This document shows, piece by piece, positions 39,893 to 46,027 of a stretch of DNA of 46,027 nucleotides. The position numbers and the translations under genes are program-made. The notes beneath the pieces are model-generated. The model did not search any database, was not told where the DNA came from, and worked only from the letters and a program-made list of their open reading frames with translations. Numbering within the stretch: position 1 is the stretch's first letter; each line of letters begins with the position of its first letter. Origin of the DNA: Acidimicrobiia bacterium (GTDB lineage: Bacteria; Actinomycetota; Acidimicrobiia; Spongiisociales; Spongiisociaceae); NCBI GenBank assembly GCA_041576165.1, contig JBFGLM010000039.1:1-46027 (forward strand), given 5' to 3'.

Positions 39893-40651
39893 TCACTCCG
39901 TGGCCCGCTCCCACAGTCGCGACATGCCCCCCAGCCACCGGTCCTCATCGTCGGCCTTGCGCCGGACATATTCGGCAACCTCGGGGTGGGGGAGGATGAG
40001 GAAACGTTCGTCGGCCAGCCCATCCACCACTGCGTCGGCGACCTGCGCGGGACTTGCAGGTTCGCCGGAAACGTCCAGTGAGAAGCGCTCCGTCAGCGGG
40101 GTCTCGACCACGAGTGGGCAGACCGCAGACACCCGGATGTTCTCGCCTCGGTGGGTGATGGCCAGCCACTCCGCCAGCGCCAGCGACGCGTGTTTCGTGA
40201 CCGTGTAGGGCAGGCTCGACAGAGACGCCAGCAGCCCGGCGGCGGACACCGTCTGGAGGAGGTATCCGCCCCCGTTGGCGATCATCCCCGGAATGACGGC
40301 CCGGGCCGCGTAGACGTGCGCCATGACATGCAGCTCCCACAGTTGGTGCCATCCGGCGTCCGGCACTTCGAGCCCGCCGTCGATGGAGAAGCCGGCGTTG
40401 GAGACTAAGAGGTCGATCGGCCCGTGCTCCGCCTCCGTGCGTTCCACCAATGCCCGCACCGACGATTCAGCAGTGACGTCGCATTCGACGCCGATTGCAC
40501 CCAGGCGGGATGCCGCCTCAGCGGTTCGCTCGGCCCCGAGATCAGCAATCACGACCGTGCGGGCGCCCTCCGCCAGAAAGCGTTGTGCCAGAGCTGCACC
40601 AATGCCGCTGGCGCCGCCCGTGATGATGCAAATGGTCTGCGCAAGCTCCAT
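39893..40651 (-). CDS. Short-chain dehydrogenase/reductase
   Basis: TGGASGIG, SNAG, YTVTK (YxxxK). Confidence 0.93.
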   Translation of the reverse strand: MELAQTICIITGGASGIGAALAQRFLAEGARTVVIADLGAERTAEAASRLGAIGVECDVTAESSVRALVERTEAEHGPIDLLVSNAGFSIDGGLEVPDAGWHQLWELHVMAHVYAARAVIPGMIANGGGYLLQTVSAAGLLASLSSLPYTVTKHASLALAEWLAITHRGENIRVSAVCPLVVETPLTERFSLDVSGEPASPAQVADAVVDGLADERFLILPHPEVAEYVRRKADDEDRWLGGMSRLWERATE

Positions 40652-40712
40652 GCTCCGACGATAGGGCGGCGGCGGCGGGCGCGTCGGGTGTGAGTGGTGG
40701 CATACTGCATCT

Positions 40713-41402
40713 GTGCGTAGACAGATTCGAGCGTTGCTGGATCACATCGTTCCCGGACCGATGTTCGGAGTCTGGTCGTGGCGATATCTCGACAAATGGC
40801 GGACGGTCAAATTGGTGGCGTCCCGCCGGGTGTGGCGGCTCTACACCAAATTCCATGACGCGTATCCGGTCGGTTCCCAACTGCCCAACATCGATCTGCC
40901 CCGCACCGACGGGAGCCGGGTGAACACTGAAGCCTTCAACGGCGAGAAGCACTTTGTGATCTGGACTGGGGCCATCACCTGACCACCCTTCCGGCGGCAG
41001 TTGCCGCCGATGGAACAGCTCAGGCAGAAGTACTCCGACCGGGACGTCGCGTTCGTGCCCGTCTACGTGCGCGAGCCTCACGCGGGAGAGCACGGCTTCA
41101 CGGAGTACCGCAAGCACGAGAGCTTCGAACACAAGCTCGCCTATGCGGAAGAACTGATCAAGATCAAAGACCTGGAGACCCCGGTCGCAGTCGACGGCAT
41201 GGACGAGGCGGTTCACGCCATCCTCGGCGACCTGCCCAACGTCGTCTACGTCGTCGACAAGGCCGGCACGATCGTTTACAAGGCCCCGTGGTTGGACGCA
41301 GCGAAGGTCGACCGGGTTCTGGCGCAATTGGTGTCGGCCGACGACCCGAGCCGGCCGGTCTGGCCGACAATCGAGACCAAGCACCTCAGCAGCGCGATCT
41401 GA
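40713..41402 (+). CDS. Deiodinase-like thioredoxin-fold selenoprotein (UGA at 40980-40982 = Sec90)
   Basis: ORFs 40713..40982 and 41001..41402 are in frame and read WTGAIT-UGA-PPFRRQLPPMEQL...VYVREPH, matching deiodinase GSxT-U-PxF and VYIxEAH motifs. Confidence 0.85.
40992..41009 (+). promoter_or_regulatory. Candidate bacterial SECIS hairpin
   Basis: CGGCGGC-AGUU-GCCGCCG starting 9 nt after the UGA. Confidence 0.7.
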
Positions 41403-41426
41403 TCCGGTTCGTCGTCCGCCGGTCGG

Positions 41427-42671
41427 TCACGTCTTCGGAGCGCCCACCTCCGCCAGCCTCTTCTCCAGAAACCGTCGCTCCGGGTCGCTGTCGGTACGGT
41501 TCAGCGCTTCCCGATACGCGGCGGCCGCGGCGGCGTGCTGCTGCAGGCGGCGCAACAGGTCAGCCCGGGCCGAGTGGAACAGCCGGTAGTCGCCGAGTTC
41601 ACCGGCCAGTGCGTCGATCTCGGCCAACCCGGCCTCTGGACCCACGGCCATGGCGATAGCCACGGCCCGGTTGAGCTGCACGACCGGCGACGATAGGTGC
41701 CGAGACAGTTCGCTGTACAAACCCACGATCTGGGGCCAGTCCGTCTGGGCCGCGTCGGGCGCCGCACAGTGGAGGTGAGCGATGGCGGCCTGGAGCTGGT
41801 ATGGGCCCGGCCGCCGCAAACTCAGGGCTAGCTCGACCAGTGCGGCACCCTCCTCGATCCTGGCCCGGTCCCACAGCGCCCGGTCTTGTTGCTCGAGCAG
41901 CACGAGGTCGCCGGCAGCATCCGTTCGGGCCACCGCCCGAGCATCGTGCAGCAGCATCAGTGCCAGGAGCCCGGCCACTTCCGGCTCGTCCGGCATCAGG
42001 CCGTACAGGTGGCGGCCGAGCCGGATCGCGTCGGCCGCCAAATCGGCCCGGATCAGCGCGTCACCCGAGGTCGCGGCGTAGCCCTCGTTGAAGATCAGAT
42101 AGATGACGGCCAAGACCGCGGCCAGCCGGTCCGGCTGCTGATGGGCGGGCGGCATCCTGAACGGGATGTTGGCTTCGGTGATCTTGCGTTTGGCCCGGAC
42201 GATGCGCTGGGCGAGGGTGGCTTCCGGGACCAAGAACGCCCGGGCGATCTCAGTAGTGGTCAGACCGCCCACCCCCCGCAGGGTCAATGCCACCTGTGCG
42301 TCGGTCGAGAGTGCCGGATGACAGCACATGAAGATCAGGGCGAGCTGGTCGTCGACTGTGGGCGGCTCGTCGATCATGTCGCCGTCCCTACCCCGCAGGT
42401 CCACCTCGATCTCGGACTGCAGCTCCCGGGCCCGATTTTGCTGGGTCCGCGAGCGGCGGATCCGGTCGATGGCTTTGCGCTTGGCGGTTGTCGTGAGCCA
42501 GGCCCCCGGCCGGTCGGGGATTCCTTCCTCGGGCCAGGTGCGGAGAGCTGCGACGTACGCGTCTTGCAGGGCTTCTTCGGCAAGGTCGAAGTCGCGTAGC
42601 TGCCGGACGAGGGTGGCGAGCACCAGCCGGGTCTCGCGGCGGAAGATTTCGCTGAACTCAGCATCCATCAT
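41427..42671 (-). CDS. ECF42-type sigma factor with a C-terminal TPR extension
   Basis: [49 protein letters not shown]; YciI gene upstream. Confidence 0.92.
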   Translation of the reverse strand: MMDAEFSEIFRRETRLVLATLVRQLRDFDLAEEALQDAYVAALRTWPEEGIPDRPGAWLTTTAKRKAIDRIRRSRTQQNRARELQSEIEVDLRGRDGDMIDEPPTVDDQLALIFMCCHPALSTDAQVALTLRGVGGLTTTEIARAFLVPEATLAQRIVRAKRKITEANIPFRMPPAHQQPDRLAAVLAVIYLIFNEGYAATSGDALIRADLAADAIRLGRHLYGLMPDEPEVAGLLALMLLHDARAVARTDAAGDLVLLEQQDRALWDRARIEEGAALVELALSLRRPGPYQLQAAIAHLHCAAPDAAQTDWPQIVGLYSELSRHLSSPVVQLNRAVAIAMAVGPEAGLAEIDALAGELGDYRLFHSARADLLRRLQQHAAAAAAYREALNRTDSDPERRFLEKRLAEVGAPKT

Positions 42672-42707
42672 CGCGCACACCGCCCGGCGCGGGGTACGCG
42701 GTCGCCA

Positions 42708-43070
42708 TCAGGCCGGCGCCCTGGAGGGGTCGCGTACGGGACGGACCTCCACCGCACCGTATCTAGCCGCCGGCAGCGCGATGGCAGCCTCGATCGCCGC
42801 ATCCAGGTCTTCGACGTCGATGATGTAGTAGCCACCAAGTTGTTCCTCAGCCGTTGTATGTGGCCCGTCCGCAGCCAGGGTTTCACCATTACGCAGCCGG
42901 ATCGTGGTCGCCGACGACGACGGGTGTAGCGCCCGCGCCTCCACCAGGATGCCACGGCGGCCTGCCTCCTCTGAATATGCCTCGTACTGCGCCCACAGTG
43001 TCGCTTGTTCGGGGGTGCTCGGCCCTGGCTCGTCGGCCTCGTTGGTGTAGATCAGCAGCAGATACTCCAC
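42708..43070 (-). CDS. YciI/DGPF domain protein
   Basis: GTG after GGAGG; YLLLIY, DGPHTTAEEQLGGYY, VEVRP. Confidence 0.9.
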   Translation of the reverse strand: MEYLLLIYTNEADEPGPSTPEQATLWAQYEAYSEEAGRRGILVEARALHPSSSATTIRLRNGETLAADGPHTTAEEQLGGYYIIDVEDLDAAIEAAIALPAARYGAVEVRPVRDPSRAPA

Positions 43071-43098
43071 ACAGCCCTCCTCGGCCGTACCAGATTCC

Positions 43099-43125
43099 GA
43101 CGAATGCCACCCAGCGAAATCGACA
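43099..43125 (-). promoter_or_regulatory. ECF42-type promoter of the yciI-sigma operon
   Basis: Minus strand TGTCGA-N17-CGTC, 28 nt upstream of the yciI GTG. Confidence 0.7.
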
Positions 43126-43169
43126 ATCACAGAGGGCGGCGCCCGGGATACTGGGCCGAGCCGCCGGCG

Positions 43170-44429
43170 CTACTTGATCCCGGACGTCGCCACGTTCTCG
43201 ACGAAGTAGCGCTGGGCCAGGGCGAACACGGCGAAGGGGATGATCACCGAGAGCACGATGGCGGCGAAGATCAGGTTGGGACCCTCGCCGGACTGCCCGC
43301 CGAGGTTCTGGAGTGCCAGGGTCAGGACGAAGTCGTCCGTGTTACCCAGGTTGATCGACACCAACGGCCAGATGAACGAGTTCCAGGCATACAGGAACAT
43401 GAACGTGGCGAGAGTGGCGATGGCCGGCCACGACAGCGGCACGAAGATGCTCCAGAGGATCTTCCAGCGCCGGGCGCCGTCGATGAAAGCGGCCTCCTCG
43501 AGGTCCCGGGGTATGGCGATGAAGAATTGGCGCATGAGAAAGGTCCCGTACGCGTTGAAGAGGAACGGCCACACCAGCGAGCCGAGAGTGTTGACCCACC
43601 CCAGGCTGACCATCAGCCGGAACAGGGGGACGATCAGCACGATGAACGGGATCATGATGGAGCCGATGTAGGCAATGAAGATCTTGTCGCGCCCCGGGAA
43701 TCTCACGCGGCTGAAGGCATAGCCACCCATGATCGAGGTGAAGAGGGTGCCTCCGACCACAAGCAGCGTCACCAGGATCGTGTTGGTGAGCGAGCGGTCG
43801 AAGTTGCGAAGTTCGATGATCTCGGAGAAGTTGCGCCATTGCGGATCGACGGTCTCGGCTCGCATTGCAGTGCGGGCAACCGCGAACGTCTCGACCGATG
43901 GATCGGCGATGGCCACGAAGCGCCCGACCGCGGTTCCGCGCTGTAGTGCGAGTGTCCTGATGTCGTCGCCCACTGCCACCTCGTACAGCGGCAGCGTCTC
44001 GCCCTCGACCGTCGTCGACGCCCCAGTCTCGCTGGCCAGTTCGAGCGGCCACGCCAGTGTGTCATCTGCGTCGTCGGGGTTGACAAAGAGCCCGGCGTCG
44101 ACGCCGGACTCGGCCTGGTAGACCGACTCGGTGCCGAGTCCGGGAACCTCCAGCGCAAAGAGGTCCACTTCTTCTCCGTCGACCGTCGCAGTTGAGGGGG
44201 ATCGGGGCAAGATCTTCGGGGGATACCGGAACGTGTCATCGGGAGTCTTCACGGCGGTGGCGGCCATGAAGAAGAAAGGGAACAGCATTGCTGCGGCAAA
44301 CGCGACGAGGATCAGGTAAGCGCCCCCACGGCCGATCACCCTGCGTATGAGCTTGCCCCGGCGGTCGGTTCGGACCTGCCGGTTGCGGACGGAGGCCGCA
44401 GGCGGGGCGGACGCAGGAAGGTCGGTCAC
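43170..44429 (-). CDS. Carbohydrate ABC transporter permease (MalG-like)
   Basis: FLMRQFF, LEEAAFIDGA, WNSFIWP, QRYFV; GTGA coupling. Confidence 0.92.
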   Translation of the reverse strand: MTDLPASAPPAASVRNRQVRTDRRGKLIRRVIGRGGAYLILVAFAAAMLFPFFFMAATAVKTPDDTFRYPPKILPRSPSTATVDGEEVDLFALEVPGLGTESVYQAESGVDAGLFVNPDDADDTLAWPLELASETGASTTVEGETLPLYEVAVGDDIRTLALQRGTAVGRFVAIADPSVETFAVARTAMRAETVDPQWRNFSEIIELRNFDRSLTNTILVTLLVVGGTLFTSIMGGYAFSRVRFPGRDKIFIAYIGSIMIPFIVLIVPLFRLMVSLGWVNTLGSLVWPFLFNAYGTFLMRQFFIAIPRDLEEAAFIDGARRWKILWSIFVPLSWPAIATLATFMFLYAWNSFIWPLVSINLGNTDDFVLTLALQNLGGQSGEGPNLIFAAIVLSVIIPFAVFALAQRYFVENVATSGIK

Positions 44430-45982
44430 GCGCTGAGTACCCCATCTTCGCCGGACCGTCGGAAGTAGAGCAGGGTGATCCCAAAGATGAGCACGAAGAG
44501 TGCCCACGCCACCGCCGAGGCGTAGCCGATTTCGAACTGTTGAAACGCATTCTGGTAGAGGTAGACGACGGGAGTGAGCGTTGAGTTGCCTGGTCCCGCC
44601 GGGGAGTTCGGCGACTGCAGGATGAACGGTTCGTTGAACATCTGTAGCGCCAGGATCGTGGTCGTCGCGACGACGAAAACAGTGGTCGGGCGGAGTAGCG
44701 GCACTGTTATCCGTCGAAACCGTGTCCAGGGGCCGGCGCCATCGATATCCGCTGCCTCATACAGCGTGCCATCGATGCCCTGCATGCCCGCCAGGAACAG
44801 AACGGTGTTGAAGCCGATCTGCTGCCAGGCAAAGAGGATGATCACGGAGAACAAGGCAATGTTGGCGTCCGAGATCCACTGCGGTTGGGGGGCTTCGATT
44901 CCGGACCCGAAGAGGGCATTGAACCACTCGGTCAGCTTGAGGATCGAGAAGTTGACGTACCCAACCGTGGAGTTGAAGAGCTGTTTCCAGATGAGCGTCA
45001 CCCCTACGACGCCTGCGATGGAGGGAAGGAAGTACACGGCTCGGAACACTTTCATACCCGGCAGCTTCGAGTTGAGAAGCGCTGCGAGGAACAGGGCAGG
45101 AGCGACCGCAGCCGGGATGGCGATGAGGCCGAAGACGATGATGTTGCGCAGCGATCTGAGGAAGAGGCCGTCGGATAGAAGGTCGCGGTAGTGGCGCAAG
45201 CCCACGAAGGTGGCGTCGGTGAGGCCGTCCCACTCGGTGAAGCTGATGAACAGAGACACCACGAGCGGCCCGGCGAAGAACGCCAGGAAACCGAGTGCGT
45301 TCGGGGCGGCGAACAGTAGACCGTCCATGGCTTCAGCTTGGGTACGGTCGGTACGAAAGAATGTGGCTGCCTGGTCCGACCAGAGCAAGCGGGCAGCGGC
45401 GGCGGCCGTCGCCGCCACGACGAGTAGGGGCAGGACCTGCGGCTGCGCCGCACGCTGCAAGAACTCCACGATGCCGGGGATCAGGCCCATCGTCAACAGC
45501 AGCACCACTCCACCGGCCACCATGGTCCAGCGGGCTACCTGCCCTAACGCTGCCTGCGCCCCTCCGCTCGCTCGCCCCGCCATCCCTGATACCAGCCAGC
45601 CGAGCACCACGACTCCCAGCCAAGGAGCAGCCGGGTTGAACGCCTCACCGACGGCGTCGAGACCGTTGAACAGGTCCATGCGGTTGAACGCCACAAAGCC
45701 TGCAACCACTGCGAACAGATAGTCGATGACGAATCCGGCCAAGCGTCCAACGTGGCGCCGTTGCCATGTCCCCCGCAGCGCTACGAGGGAAGCGAGCAAC
45801 GCGCCCAGCATTCCCACCAGCAGGGTCCAGCGCAGGGGTCCCCGCACGTCTACCCCGCGACGGGCGGCGACGGCGCCGACCAGCAGCACCAAAATCACGA
45901 CGACCAGCCCTCGCCAGACCAGCAGTGCTTGGTACCAGCGGGGCGTGACCATCGCCGGGCGGGGAGAAGATACGGCTGTCAA
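44426..45982 (-). CDS. Carbohydrate ABC transporter permease (MalF-like) with an N-terminal membrane extension
   Basis: LYEAADIDGA, RITVPLL, GYASAVAW; about 220 aa of extra TMs at the N-terminus. Confidence 0.9.
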   Translation of the reverse strand: MTAVSSPRPAMVTPRWYQALLVWRGLVVVILVLLVGAVAARRGVDVRGPLRWTLLVGMLGALLASLVALRGTWQRRHVGRLAGFVIDYLFAVVAGFVAFNRMDLFNGLDAVGEAFNPAAPWLGVVVLGWLVSGMAGRASGGAQAALGQVARWTMVAGGVVLLLTMGLIPGIVEFLQRAAQPQVLPLLVVAATAAAAARLLWSDQAATFFRTDRTQAEAMDGLLFAAPNALGFLAFFAGPLVVSLFISFTEWDGLTDATFVGLRHYRDLLSDGLFLRSLRNIIVFGLIAIPAAVAPALFLAALLNSKLPGMKVFRAVYFLPSIAGVVGVTLIWKQLFNSTVGYVNFSILKLTEWFNALFGSGIEAPQPQWISDANIALFSVIILFAWQQIGFNTVLFLAGMQGIDGTLYEAADIDGAGPWTRFRRITVPLLRPTTVFVVATTTILALQMFNEPFILQSPNSPAGPGNSTLTPVVYLYQNAFQQFEIGYASAVAWALFVLIFGITLLYFRRSGEDGVLSA

Positions 45983-46004
45983 GTTATTTCAGCGGTCGAG
46001 CGGT

Positions 46005-46027
46005 GGGGCCGGTCGGGGACCGGCCCC
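46005..46027. terminator. Perfect 10-bp GC hairpin upstream of the permeases
   Basis: GGGGCCGGTC-GGG-GACCGGCCCC at the window end; typical position of an intercistronic hairpin after an SBP gene, which would lie outside the window. Confidence 0.5.

Overview
High-GC actinobacterial DNA. The SLH-type surface proteins, MprAB-like pair and ECF42 sigma factor suggest Acidimicrobiia (inference). Left to right: an SsuA/TauA-class ABC importer operon with divergent cupin, HTH-citrate-synthase-like and GntR genes; an orphan CoxL-like molybdoenzyme; ppdK; a frameshifted fetB-like gene; a Nudix hydrolase, a TrxR-like::FNR fusion, a lone receiver and a quinone oxidoreductase; a minimal type VII secretion-like locus (two WXG100-like proteins plus an EssC/EccC-like ATPase); an MprAB-like system with two matching TCTCAG-N5-TCTTAG boxes; a six-gene translationally coupled 'mau-like' operon; a TasA/SipW filament-type operon; metX-metY; a PL14-like lyase::SLH protein; a deiodinase-like gene; an ECF42/YciI pair; and two sugar ABC permeases. 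The main hidden signal is two in-frame UGA codons at active-site positions, each followed 8-9 nt later by a SECIS-like hairpin. They imply two selenoproteins that the ORF track splits. One is a MauF/DsbD-like membrane protein (SWSP-U-G) in the mau-like operon, whose apparent cargo is a Tat-exported 28-Cys MauA-like domain fused to GDWNGDG repeats, with no mauB or mauG. The other is a deiodinase-like thioredoxin-fold protein (GAIT-U-PPF). I recognised no tRNA, rRNA, CRISPR array or mobile element. All family assignments come from motif recognition, not database searches.
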